This document shows, in pieces, positions 47,313 to 56,947 of a stretch of DNA of 64,000 nt. Each line of letters begins with the position of its first letter. Position 1 is the stretch's first letter. Origin of the DNA: a virus (taxonomy: Duplodnaviria; Caudoviricetes); IMG/VR virus record IMGVR_UViG_3300034073_002120, one strand, 5' to 3'. The notes under the pieces are model-generated. The model was not told the DNA's origin. It saw nothing but the letters and a program-made list of their open reading frames with translations, and ran no database searches. The translations under genes were made by a program, and so were the position numbers.

Positions 47313-48377
47313 TTATTTTTCCACTAAAAAGGTTAAATCTTTATCTGAAAAATATTCGATTTCACCATCTCTATCAATTTTTATTTCGATGTAATATTCT
47401 CTATTAGTTTCCCAATTCGTTAAATTTACCTTAAAGTAATTACCATTTGAATCACAACTAACTTTTGTGTAATCACCAAATGGAACAACCACTTCATCCG
47501 TAACTACATCTTTAATTTGATAATAAGTTGTAGCAGGTAAATACTTTACATCATTATATGAATAAAGATTGGTATATGTTTTAAGTGGATACTTTTCTCT
47601 TGCAAACACTCTTATCTCTGGTTTACTATTTACTTTGTATCTAGCTTTTAATCTCTTAAATGTTACATGAATATCATCACTTGTCAATTCAGTTAGTGAA
47701 CCAGTTGTAAATGTCGAATCATCCCATCCAATTCTTAGTTTTGGTTGATATATGGTATTTGTTTCTTTTGAAAAGAATTTTAATTGTCCATAATCTAACG
47801 TATCATTTTCTAATGAAGATGCATGTTTTAATATCATACCCTCATTTGGAAAACTACCACTTAACCAAGCTGAAACTAATGGAATAATATTCATCTCAAT
47901 ATCAGAACTTTGGTAATTAAACGATTGTGATGCGTAAGAACCAGTGTACCAAACACCACCCTTTCCAGTCAATGAACCAGTTGTTTGTGGATTTAAACTA
48001 CCAGAATTTTCTAACCAATCATTTTCCGTACTTCTATAATTCCAAGTTACACCATCAATTGAAATATCATCAAAACGAGTTCCTATACCCATATCCCAAC
48101 TTTGAGATATTGCGTATGCATAAATGGTATAATCTATTGGTATTTCGTTTGATTCACATTCTTTCAATATCAAATCACATGAACTCATTGTCACATCACC
48201 GGATAGCAAAGATGCAGATAAAGCAGTTGTATCAAATTTAATTAAACTACGTGCAGTATCTTTTAGATTTCCATAATAAACTTTGGAAATTTCTAATATT
48301 TCATCCAACCCTGTGTTTTGTTTAGGTTGTTGTAAATAAATTGTTGCATCTTTTGATGCTGTTATGAATTGATACAT
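47313..48377 (-). CDS. DNRLRE-like domain virion protein
   Basis: DATIY...NTGLDEILEI...RSLIKFD...SQSWDMG...NEGMILK...FFSKE...PKL. Confidence 0.5.
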   Translation of the reverse strand: MYQFITASKDATIYLQQPKQNTGLDEILEISKVYYGNLKDTARSLIKFDTTALSASLLSGDVTMSSCDLILKECESNEIPIDYTIYAYAISQSWDMGIGTRFDDISIDGVTWNYRSTENDWLENSGSLNPQTTGSLTGKGGVWYTGSYASQSFNYQSSDIEMNIIPLVSAWLSGSFPNEGMILKHASSLENDTLDYGQLKFFSKETNTIYQPKLRIGWDDSTFTTGSLTELTSDDIHVTFKRLKARYKVNSKPEIRVFAREKYPLKTYTNLYSYNDVKYLPATTYYQIKDVVTDEVVVPFGDYTKVSCDSNGNYFKVNLTNWETNREYYIEIKIDRDGEIEYFSDKDLTFLVEK

Positions 48378-50392
48378 TAAACAACCCTCCCTTTAATATC
48401 TTTCGCTGGATATTTCAATTCAAATACTGATGGGTCTAATGATGGGTACACCATTTTACCTTTTGTTGCTTCAGCAATGTTATATGAATATTGCGAATAT
48501 TGACCTAAACATTTGTTTACAATTTCACACTTCGGAACAGATTGAACTCCTTCAACACCTGCAATCAACAATTCTAATTCACTTAGATTGATTGCCATAT
48601 TAAATGTCCAATTATCTATATTAAAGTAATTTGTAATTTCATCAATACATCTTACCAATACTTCTCTTTTATTATATCCACCATACACCATAATTTCAAA
48701 ATCTACACCGATGTTGATAATAAAACCATCTAAAAGATTTACACCATCAGTCAACATTCTATATTCATTTAGATATGTTTTAAGATTTTGTTTTAATGCC
48801 TGATTTGTTCCAATTTGTTGTAAGTTTTTATTTGAATTATATCCTAACACATATAAGTTTATTGCAAAAGGATTATTTTTTTCATTCAAATTATTTTTCT
48901 TACCAACTAAAAATTTGTTTACACTATCTTTAATTTCCATTTCAGATTTACCTTGCATGGATTGAACTAATTGTGTAAATTCTGATAAAGTATCTGGGTT
49001 TGCAAGAATAGATGATGGTGAATTATTATCCAACTCTCCATCTGGTGCACAATATGCTTTAGCAATTCCACCATACTTTGGAGGTAATGATAATGCTCTT
49101 ACTTGATAATCTTTACGAGTTACTGCACGATTTTGAGATGAGAAATTTGCAAGTGCATTCTCTCTAATTTCCTCAATTGTTTCGGCACCTCTACCACCAA
49201 CTGCAGTTACTTCATTTTCTACTGCAATCGAACTTTTAGCAGTTCTATATAATCCTAATTCATTATCCGTAAATGAATTTGTATCTTCATCAAACGATAT
49301 GTTTTCAATTCTTGTTAAATCCCCAATTGGTGTGTTTGATGCAATACCACCACCAACTAAATACGAAACTGTTATAGTTGTATTGTTTGGTGCTTGTCCA
49401 TATGATTTTGTTTTTAAGAAATTTGCGGGGTCAAATGATGCACCTAATTTATCTATTGATGAATTTAACCCTAATCCTACATTTTTAAAATTAGGAATAA
49501 GTGTTTCATCCGATGATGTTGAATTACCACCACCGAATACCAAACTTGTTGAATTATCTGCGTTTACTTTTGTTACAAATCTACGAGATGTTTTTAATAC
49601 CTTTAATATATTTGATACTGAATCTTTGAATTGAACTAAATCTTTATCTGTATATTCATTATTTGGGTAATCTACGAATACCATTTCTTGTGCAAGATAT
49701 GGAACTTCATACCATTTATTTCCATTACTATCTCTCACATCGTATATTTCGATTACATTATCATCTGCTATATCGATTGTAGAAAATTCTTCCGGACTAC
49801 CAAATGTTTTTTCGATAGTCTTTAATTCTGCAGAAATAGCATTTACGTGTTTTTTAATTAAGTAAAAAGCAGGTTCATCTCCATTTTTAGAATAAATTGT
49901 TATTTCTCTATCATCATCTACATTAAAATCTAATAATTCAGTTGTTCTAAAAAGAGTTCCGGTTGAGTTTGCTTGAACTACCATCCCTTCTTTAATTCTT
50001 AAATAATATTTTGAATCGGGTCTATTGTTTACACCGATTCCAACTGCAGGAACTAATTGATAAACTGTTAAACTAACTAATGCAGGAGAAGTTACTTTTG
50101 GTTTATATCCTAAATATTGTGCAAGGGCAAGAACGTTTTCTTTATCCTCTGCATATAACATTAAAGATTCTTTTAAAGTATCATCGATGTAATATCCCAT
50201 AACATCACCAATATATGATGCCATTTCTATAAACATCATACCTGGAGATGATTCATTAAAATCTGAATATGTTTTTGGGAAATATGTTTTAGCATACTCA
50301 ATTAAATTTTGACGGAAACCCGCAAAATCTTTATTAAGATATTTTATATCTCTTCCCTGATTACTTTTTTTTGTTATACTATTTAACGCCAT
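48377..50392 (-). CDS. baseplate wedge protein (T4 gp6/baseplate-J-like)
   Basis: NKDFAGFRQNLIEY...DFNESSPGMMFIEMASY; GGRGAETIEEIRENA...QNRAVTRKDY. Confidence 0.8.
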   Translation of the reverse strand: MALNSITKKSNQGRDIKYLNKDFAGFRQNLIEYAKTYFPKTYSDFNESSPGMMFIEMASYIGDVMGYYIDDTLKESLMLYAEDKENVLALAQYLGYKPKVTSPALVSLTVYQLVPAVGIGVNNRPDSKYYLRIKEGMVVQANSTGTLFRTTELLDFNVDDDREITIYSKNGDEPAFYLIKKHVNAISAELKTIEKTFGSPEEFSTIDIADDNVIEIYDVRDSNGNKWYEVPYLAQEMVFVDYPNNEYTDKDLVQFKDSVSNILKVLKTSRRFVTKVNADNSTSLVFGGGNSTSSDETLIPNFKNVGLGLNSSIDKLGASFDPANFLKTKSYGQAPNNTTITVSYLVGGGIASNTPIGDLTRIENISFDEDTNSFTDNELGLYRTAKSSIAVENEVTAVGGRGAETIEEIRENALANFSSQNRAVTRKDYQVRALSLPPKYGGIAKAYCAPDGELDNNSPSSILANPDTLSEFTQLVQSMQGKSEMEIKDSVNKFLVGKKNNLNEKNNPFAINLYVLGYNSNKNLQQIGTNQALKQNLKTYLNEYRMLTDGVNLLDGFIINIGVDFEIMVYGGYNKREVLVRCIDEITNYFNIDNWTFNMAINLSELELLIAGVEGVQSVPKCEIVNKCLGQYSQYSYNIAEATKGKMVYPSLDPSVFELKYPAKDIKGRVV

Positions 50393-50399
50393 TTTTTTA

Positions 50400-50831
50400 T
50401 TATCCCCTAACTGTAAAAGTTATTTCTTGTAATTCAATTTGATTACCGACCGTAAACTGAACTTTCATATGTGCTATATGTCTATCCTTCATATCATCAG
50501 TCATTTCTATATCAATTTCTTCTATGTTTATGTAAGGTAGCCAATAATTTACTGTCTGTGTAATTACATTGGTCAATTTACTTTCAAATTCACTATCCAT
50601 CGGTTCAAATAATAATGCTTCTAATCCAGTTCCGAATTCAGGTTGCATTACTCTTTCACCTTGTTTAGTTAGGAGTAAATTTTTTAAGTTTGATTTAGCT
50701 TGTTCAAAGGAAGTAAAAGCCTGTTCAAAATACCCATTACCTCCCCTTTTTATTGGTAAGGTAATTCCATACGCATATGAATCGTATTCTTTTGTATCTT
50801 TTACAATTTTATTTCCTAAAACGTATGCCAT
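50400..50831 (-). CDS. baseplate wedge gp25-like protein
   Basis: AKSNLKNLLLTKQGERVMQPEFGTGLEALLFEP. Confidence 0.9.
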   Translation of the reverse strand: MAYVLGNKIVKDTKEYDSYAYGITLPIKRGGNGYFEQAFTSFEQAKSNLKNLLLTKQGERVMQPEFGTGLEALLFEPMDSEFESKLTNVITQTVNYWLPYINIEEIDIEMTDDMKDRHIAHMKVQFTVGNQIELQEITFTVRG

Positions 50832-51460
50832 TATTTTTTAAACCTCTTAACCAATTCTGAATTATCTCTATTTAAAATTCTATCTAAACCCGCCAAACCA
50901 GTTGATACACCTAAACCACCTTTGTTTCCACCAACATTCATATCACCATAACCCATCTTCTCAGCCATTTGTGCTCTCATAGATTGAATACCTCCCATTG
51001 CTCCACCACTATATGAAATAGTTTCATCAATATCTGGTTCAGCATCCATATAATTTGGAATATGTGAATTTGTATAACCTTCGTTAATAGGTTCAGATTG
51101 GAAATTATCTAAAATAGATGAACCACCACCTACACCACCTTCTGCTCTTTGTGCTGAACTAAATGGTTTAGTTTGATTTAAAATATCGTTGATTGTTGGG
51201 TTTTTTGAAAATTGTCTAATAGGTTGTTTTGGTTGTACCGATTCTTTTTGAATCTTTGGCTGCACTCTTTCCTTATCTAACAATTGATTTGCAAGTTCAA
51301 ATGGGTCTACATCTTCCAATATATCCTTTTTCTTAGGAGTTGGTTTTGTAGTTTCATTTAATAACTTACCAACTTCCTCTTTAATCATTTGGGGAAGTTG
51401 TTTTTTAATTTCTTGTTCTACTACTAATTTAATTAGTTGTGCTAATTTTTTAGAATCCAT
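50831..51460 (-). CDS. hypothetical protein
   Basis: 209-aa ORF; TATTTATA at 51484-51491 upstream. Confidence 0.7.
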   Translation of the reverse strand: MDSKKLAQLIKLVVEQEIKKQLPQMIKEEVGKLLNETTKPTPKKKDILEDVDPFELANQLLDKERVQPKIQKESVQPKQPIRQFSKNPTINDILNQTKPFSSAQRAEGGVGGGSSILDNFQSEPINEGYTNSHIPNYMDAEPDIDETISYSGGAMGGIQSMRAQMAEKMGYGDMNVGGNKGGLGVSTGLAGLDRILNRDNSELVKRFKK

Positions 51461-51514
51461 TTTGAAAATATTTGTTTACTTCATATAAATATATCTTCGT
51501 TAGATTTTGAATTC

Positions 51515-52501
51515 TTATGAGTATAAATTGGGGTTTTCTTTTAATTTTTTCCAATAAGCACAGAATTTCTTCTTTCTATCATCCAATCCATTATATCCAC
51601 CATTTATTCGTTTTGTAATAAACTTTAATGTTCCAATTGTATCATCTACTGCTGCTTCGTTTAATTTACGGGTTCTCCAAAACCAACATGCAGTTTCTGC
51701 AACATATTTTTTTTCAACTAAGGTAGAATTAGCAACAACATCATCGGTTACTCCTTTTCTAAATTGTGCATAATTTGCTCTACCTGTAACTTGAATGTAT
51801 CCTCTTCCTGCAAAACGAAACCCATCGCCTGGTTGTGTATTACCTAAGTCTTTTCTACCTTCATAACGTTGTTGTGCTGCAGATGGACCCCATATTTCTT
51901 TTGTATAAATAAAATTACCACTTTCATGTGCACATTGAGCAAGGAAATGAGCTTTTTGTAATGGGGTTTTTATTCCCCATTTTCTCATAGCATCAATAAC
52001 AACTTGTGGTGGTTCTTTGATTCTTACATTTCCACATTCTGCGATTTTTTCGGATGGAGGTTGATTTGCCGTTTCAGAATCTGCTTGAGTATCTGATGAA
52101 CCTCCACCACTATCTACATCGTTTGATTCATCCGGTGAAAATTCTATGGTTTCTCCACTCAATCCTGCGGATGTAGAATCATTTATATCATATCCTGCCT
52201 CAGTTGCACTTTCAGCCAATGCTTCTTGTTCAGGAGTTAGAGTTATTGCTTCTTCAATTCTTTTTTGTTCATCGGTCAATTCTTCAGGAGTTGATTCTAA
52301 TACATCACCACCACCTCCAGCACCTCTTCCTGCAGGCGGAATTGTATAACCAACAAAAGGTACTGCACCAGGACCAGGTGTCATTAAAGGAGGATATAAT
52401 GATGTTGTAAGATATGTTCCTTTAATGGTGGGCAAGTGAGATTGAATTGATGCAATCAATTGGTCTAAAAATACTTCACTGCTATCGGTTGGTTTTGCCA
52501 T
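51515..52501 (-). CDS. GH19 lysozyme/chitinase-like peptidoglycan hydrolase with Pro-rich N-terminal module and acidic linker
   Basis: HFLAQCAHESGNF, GRGYIQVTGRANY, ACWFW, ITKRINGGYNGLDDR. Confidence 0.9.
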   Translation of the reverse strand: MAKPTDSSEVFLDQLIASIQSHLPTIKGTYLTTSLYPPLMTPGPGAVPFVGYTIPPAGRGAGGGGDVLESTPEELTDEQKRIEEAITLTPEQEALAESATEAGYDINDSTSAGLSGETIEFSPDESNDVDSGGGSSDTQADSETANQPPSEKIAECGNVRIKEPPQVVIDAMRKWGIKTPLQKAHFLAQCAHESGNFIYTKEIWGPSAAQQRYEGRKDLGNTQPGDGFRFAGRGYIQVTGRANYAQFRKGVTDDVVANSTLVEKKYVAETACWFWRTRKLNEAAVDDTIGTLKFITKRINGGYNGLDDRKKKFCAYWKKLKENPNLYS

Positions 52502-52504
52502 ATA

Positions 52505-53653
52505 TTAATAATAACATTTAATTCCCGGTGAATATTTACCCTTTAACATTGTCAATAATTGTTTTCGTTGTGAACCACCTCGTTTACAACTTATATGTAA
52601 CCAAATTGAATTACCATGTTCAAAAATCATTTGGTCAAAAGGAAGTGTTCCAGCAATCCATTTTGCAATTGGTAGATATTCTTTTGGTGAAACCCCCACA
52701 AATTGTAAATCTACTGCCTCACCTTTTTGATGTTGTGATACTCCACCAGGAATTGAAGGTGCACCTCTAAAAGCTGAATTTATTTTCATATTTGGATATT
52801 TTGCTTTTATCGGTTCTAAAATATTAATAGCTACATTTTTTAAATTACAAACAATATCTTCTGCACTTAATCCAACTTGTGCTTTAATTTTATGAGGAAA
52901 TACTGTTGCAATGGATAAATGTTTTAATTTAAAATTTGGAGATAATTGAGTATTGTAATCTAATGTTCCACCACATGATATTGGTTTGGCATTAGCAGAT
53001 GATGTAGTGATAGCAACCTCATCTGGTGTTTGGTTTTGTTCATATGGTGGATTATCTTCACCATATTCACTTTGTATCGATTCAATTTGAGAACCACCAT
53101 CTTCACCACCATCAGTTAAAAGTTCAACTCCGGTTTCATTCATAGCCTCTTCTGCACCTTCTAATGTATTATTATCATCTGGTATTCTTTCTAATAATTC
53201 TTCGGTTGTAGGTTCACCCTCACCTTCGGATGGTATAACCTCTAATGGAGTTAAACTTTGAATATCAGTTGGTTGCCAAATACCAGGGTCGGTGATAAAA
53301 CTACTAACAGTTGCTACATTCACAACTGCACCCGGTGATGGTATAATTGGTGGTGGAACTTGACTCATTGTAGCACCTGTCCAATATGCAATAAATGCAG
53401 GTCCCATATTTGTAATAATTGGGTGTTCGCCAGATGGTTGTTGTAATGCAGTATTTAAGATTCCAGTCAAAGTGGCTTCCATTAATTCGGTATTACCTTT
53501 TGCTATCGGAATACTATTGGTAGTATCAAATCCTCGTTTCACAGCCATATCATACTCCATAGTAAGTTTCTTTGCAAAATCTCCATAGGAACTAATTCCT
53601 TGTTGGTTTTGCATATAACTCAACATATTTTGTTTGAATATTTCTAATGACAT
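52505..53653 (-). CDS. peptidase M15 (Zn peptidoglycan endopeptidase) with N-terminal module and acidic linker
   Basis: LSPNFKL, INSAFR, SQHQKGEAVD, DQMIFEH...WLHIS. Confidence 0.85.
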   Translation of the reverse strand: MSLEIFKQNMLSYMQNQQGISSYGDFAKKLTMEYDMAVKRGFDTTNSIPIAKGNTELMEATLTGILNTALQQPSGEHPIITNMGPAFIAYWTGATMSQVPPPIIPSPGAVVNVATVSSFITDPGIWQPTDIQSLTPLEVIPSEGEGEPTTEELLERIPDDNNTLEGAEEAMNETGVELLTDGGEDGGSQIESIQSEYGEDNPPYEQNQTPDEVAITTSSANAKPISCGGTLDYNTQLSPNFKLKHLSIATVFPHKIKAQVGLSAEDIVCNLKNVAINILEPIKAKYPNMKINSAFRGAPSIPGGVSQHQKGEAVDLQFVGVSPKEYLPIAKWIAGTLPFDQMIFEHGNSIWLHISCKRGGSQRKQLLTMLKGKYSPGIKCYY

Positions 53654-53654
53654 T

Positions 53655-54881
53655 TTATTCCGTATAATTTAAAGTTGATAAGAATTTATCTAATCTACCC
53701 TTAATATCATTAAATGTACTACGATTTTCAGGACCTGTTGCCGTTGGACCTGCAGGTGTTTTGAATACTTGATTATTAATTGCATCAATTAATTCTTCTA
53801 ATAATCCTTTTAAAGTTTCTCCTCTTACCAAAGGTTCTTTATCACTTTCAGTATTTAAAAAGATATTACCTTTACCACCTAATATATAAGTGCTATTATC
53901 ATTTGTAGTGATACGAACATCTCCGTGAAAATCTAAATCAGCACCAGCTTTTCCATTATCAATTGACATTTTACCATCTGATATAAATCCCCAATTTCCT
54001 TTTGAAAAGAAAATCATTTCTTGTGTTTTTGATGAAAGTATAATTCTTTCGGTGTTTACAAGAACTTGGTCATATCCTTTTAATTCTGATGGATAATTTG
54101 AAAATTTAGTTGGTTTTGTTTCTAATGATGATTGAAAATCCAATTTATATACACCAGATGTAATTGCAATCGTAGTTCCATCTTTATTAACATCTTCTTC
54201 GGTTAATGAACCTTTTTTTAATTTACTTAAAGATTCATCACTTTGTCTATTACGAAGAATAATGGTAGGTGCGTATTTTTTATCTTGATTATTATATCCA
54301 CTAAAACGAATGCTTTGTCCGAAACGGGATTGGATGATTCTATCACCTTCATATAATTTAAGAGGATTTATTTGCTTTGGTTCAAAATATTCACCAATTT
54401 TCGTCTTTCGTTCCTCATCACCACTACCTCCACTTGGAGTTCCAGTTGCAGACACTGTTGAATATTCACTAGCAGGTGAACCGGGTTTTTCAGTTGCCTG
54501 AAAGTTTTTTATATCTACGTTTTCAATTGCGTTTCCGGTATTGATATTTGTAGATGCAATTCTTTTATAATGTAATTTACCACCTAATGAAAATAATTCT
54601 ACCGTCTCACCAACTAATGGAATACCTTCATCACTACTGAATGGTTTATATGCCTTTGCACCCGTTTTACTAGCAGATGGGTCATTTAATTTTCTAATAA
54701 CAGCACTACCAATAATACTTGTATCTTTTGATTCAACTTCACTAAAATCATACGTTTCTACTTTTGGATGTTTATCATCCAAAATCACATCTAACACAAC
54801 ACCAGTCATTACACCAGTTGCACCACCGGTATTAGGATTTGTGGAATATGATGCGTTTGATATTTGGGTTCTTTGACTCAT
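53655..54881 (-). CDS. probable baseplate hub/spike (gp5/VgrG-like)
   Basis: EGDRIIQSRFGQSIRFS; beta-helix-like C-terminal repeats; EPLVRGETL...TPAGPT; upstream of gp25/gp6. Confidence 0.55.
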   Translation of the reverse strand: MSQRTQISNASYSTNPNTGGATGVMTGVVLDVILDDKHPKVETYDFSEVESKDTSIIGSAVIRKLNDPSASKTGAKAYKPFSSDEGIPLVGETVELFSLGGKLHYKRIASTNINTGNAIENVDIKNFQATEKPGSPASEYSTVSATGTPSGGSGDEERKTKIGEYFEPKQINPLKLYEGDRIIQSRFGQSIRFSGYNNQDKKYAPTIILRNRQSDESLSKLKKGSLTEEDVNKDGTTIAITSGVYKLDFQSSLETKPTKFSNYPSELKGYDQVLVNTERIILSSKTQEMIFFSKGNWGFISDGKMSIDNGKAGADLDFHGDVRITTNDNSTYILGGKGNIFLNTESDKEPLVRGETLKGLLEELIDAINNQVFKTPAGPTATGPENRSTFNDIKGRLDKFLSTLNYTE

Positions 54882-55291
54882 TACTTACCAATCTTTTGTT
54901 TTAATTCTTCAACTTCGTTTGTCAATTCATCTACCTTTGCATCTTGTTCATCTTTTACATCGTTGACAGTTACTTCAATTTCTTTCAATAATTGTTCTTT
55001 TTCAGCATCAGATAAGAATCCAACTTCACCTTCGGATTTAGTGTTTGCAGTAACAATACGTTGTGCAATTGTTGCTAATTTAATTAACGCATCATCATTA
55101 CGAACTGATACATCTACTAAATCTTTTAGAATTGGACCAATAACTGCCATATCACCTGCGTGACGAATTAACTTTCTCATTTCGGCTATTAATTCCGAAA
55201 TTCTTGCTTTCTTATTTTGTTGATTATCGTAAATATCTTTAAATAATCCACTCAAACTTTTGCCAGGGAATATTTCAAATTCTGTGCTCAT
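54881..55291 (-). CDS. hypothetical helical protein
   Basis: 136-aa ORF; TATTTATA at 55313-55320. Confidence 0.7.
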   Translation of the reverse strand: MSTEFEIFPGKSLSGLFKDIYDNQQNKKARISELIAEMRKLIRHAGDMAVIGPILKDLVDVSVRNDDALIKLATIAQRIVTANTKSEGEVGFLSDAEKEQLLKEIEVTVNDVKDEQDAKVDELTNEVEELKQKIGK

Positions 55292-55330
55292 ATTTATTAA
55301 ATTGATTCAAGCTATAAATATGATAAATAA

Positions 55331-55357
55331 AAAAACCTCATTTTTAGTGAGGTTTTT
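55331..55357. terminator. intrinsic terminator (potentially bidirectional)
   Basis: AAAAACCTCA/TGAGGTTTTT perfect 10-bp inverted repeat flanked by A/T runs. Confidence 0.75.
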
Positions 55358-55360
55358 CAA

Positions 55361-55459
55361 TTAAGTGTGTTTTTTATAATTACCTTTTTTTTGTTGTTCG
55401 GTAATCGTTTTCTTAGCAATCTTCTTACGATTTTTTTCTTTTTGTTGTCTTTTTGTCAT
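55361..55459 (-). CDS. very basic 32-aa peptide
   Basis: MTKRQQKKKNRKKIAKKTITEQQKKGNYKKHT; AAGGGG 5 nt before ATG; fits between the Ntn gene and the terminator; not in the track. Confidence 0.55.
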   Translation of the reverse strand: MTKRQQKEKNRKKIAKKTITEQQKKGNYKKHT

Positions 55460-55468
55460 AGTAACCCC

Positions 55469-56278
55469 TTACAATTTTTTGATTTCAATTTTAATTTTTG
55501 GTTCATAACCTTTTGGTAAATTTACTTTAACACCATGAAACTTATCAACTTTTTCATCAAAATAATTCAATTCAAAAATCAAATCGGTTAAATTTAATAA
55601 AACTTGTGATGATGTATTCATTTTATCAGTTTTACGTGCCATATTAAGATTTGATTTTTTACTGAACAAATCTTGTCTCAATGCATTTAAAACTCCTTGT
55701 GGGTCTTCTGCTTTTCCTGTCAATTTCTCTGCTGATGCTTTTCTTACTTTTGATGAAAGATAATCTGGTCCTTCGGTATATCCAGCATCCCAATGGTCAT
55801 GTCCATGATTAGTTCTAACTACATGAGCATCTGATTGGTGAATTGTGAAACGTGGATTGTGTTTTGATGTTGTTTCGATTGATACAACTTTATCTTCGGT
55901 TGATATAAAAGTATGGCCTTTAATACCACCCATAAATTTAGCAGCAATTACGATTGTATCTTTTAGGGTTTTTTGTCCTAATGCTTCTCTGATTTTAATA
56001 CCATCTTTGGATTTCTTACCTGTCTTTTTTACAAGTTGTTTTTCCTTTTCATCATAACCAACCATCAATGCAGTGTTTAACACACCAATACCATATTCGT
56101 TTATACCCTCACTCCAATCGGTGATTGTATCGTGAAGATATACTACCTCTACTCCGTTTAATAATTCATGTACTACTTCCAATTCAGGTCTATACATTCT
56201 ATCGCGGTTTTTAGCCATAACGACAGTATCACCCATCTTTTTTCTAACTATAATACATTCATTCAATTTGGTGTCCAT
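55469..56278 (-). CDS. N-terminal nucleophile (Cys) hydrolase, peptidase C45-like
   Basis: NE-CIIV...AKNRD, SEGINEYGIGVLNTAL, RTNH. Confidence 0.65.
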   Translation of the reverse strand: MDTKLNECIIVRKKMGDTVVMAKNRDRMYRPELEVVHELLNGVEVVYLHDTITDWSEGINEYGIGVLNTALMVGYDEKEKQLVKKTGKKSKDGIKIREALGQKTLKDTIVIAAKFMGGIKGHTFISTEDKVVSIETTSKHNPRFTIHQSDAHVVRTNHGHDHWDAGYTEGPDYLSSKVRKASAEKLTGKAEDPQGVLNALRQDLFSKKSNLNMARKTDKMNTSSQVLLNLTDLIFELNYFDEKVDKFHGVKVNLPKGYEPKIKIEIKKL

Positions 56279-56350
56279 TTCTTAGCCTGAAGAGATTGGT
56301 TAAATTCTCACGCTAATAAATATATTTTTATTTCAAATTGATATAAAATA

Positions 56351-56581
56351 TTATTTCAATCGATACATGAACTGATAACCGCAATCATCATCGTAATCAC
56401 AATCTTCAACTACTTCATTAAGATTACCCAATAATTCGTTCAATTTATTCACATCAACCTGTCTCCAGTATCCAAAACGAAAATACACATCGTTTGAACC
56501 ACCCCAAACTTGTTTGATGTCAAAATCACCAAATTCTAACTCAATTTTCTTTAATGTAGAAATATCTAATCCGTTTCTCAT
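56351..56581 (-). CDS. hypothetical protein
   Basis: 76-aa ORF downstream of a host-type promoter. Confidence 0.65.
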   Translation of the reverse strand: MRNGLDISTLKKIELEFGDFDIKQVWGGSNDVYFRFGYWRQVDVNKLNELLGNLNEVVEDCDYDDDCGYQFMYRLK

Positions 56582-56593
56582 AATTTTTATATT

Positions 56594-56803
56594 TTAATAT
56601 TCACCATAATGTGCAAACACCATATCACGTGTAACCAATTCCCACTTAGCTCTCTCATACATCTCCTCACTAATCAACATCTTCTCAAAGAAGATGTCTA
56701 TATTCAACTCCTCAGCATCCACACCAGTATGGATGGCTCTTAACTCAATAAAATCAACATACTCACTCACACTCATTTCAGAAAAATTTGGAAAAGAATT
56801 CAT
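56594..56803 (-). CDS. hypothetical acidic protein
   Basis: 69-aa ORF downstream of a host-type promoter. Confidence 0.65.
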   Translation of the reverse strand: MNSFPNFSEMSVSEYVDFIELRAIHTGVDAEELNIDIFFEKMLISEEMYERAKWELVTRDMVFAHYGEY

Positions 56804-56834
56804 ATTTTTATTGTTTTATGTTTAACTCTTATTA

Positions 56835-56871
56835 CAAAGCTAACATACGAAGAATATTTTACAATTCCAAA
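56835..56871 (-). promoter_or_regulatory. Bacteroidota-type promoter
   Basis: Minus strand tttg-gaattgtaaaatattcttcg-tatgttagctttg (TAnnTTTG-like -7 element). Confidence 0.55.
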
Positions 56872-56890
56872 TTTTTTGTAAAATATTTTC

Positions 56891-56921
56891 AATAAAAAAG
56901 GGAAAACTTTCGCTTTCCCTT
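56891..56921 (-). terminator. intrinsic terminator
   Basis: AAGGGAAAGC-GAAA-GTTTTCCCTT followed by TTTTATT. Confidence 0.85.
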
Positions 56922-56947
56922 AGTGAATACCTTGTGATTATATTTGT

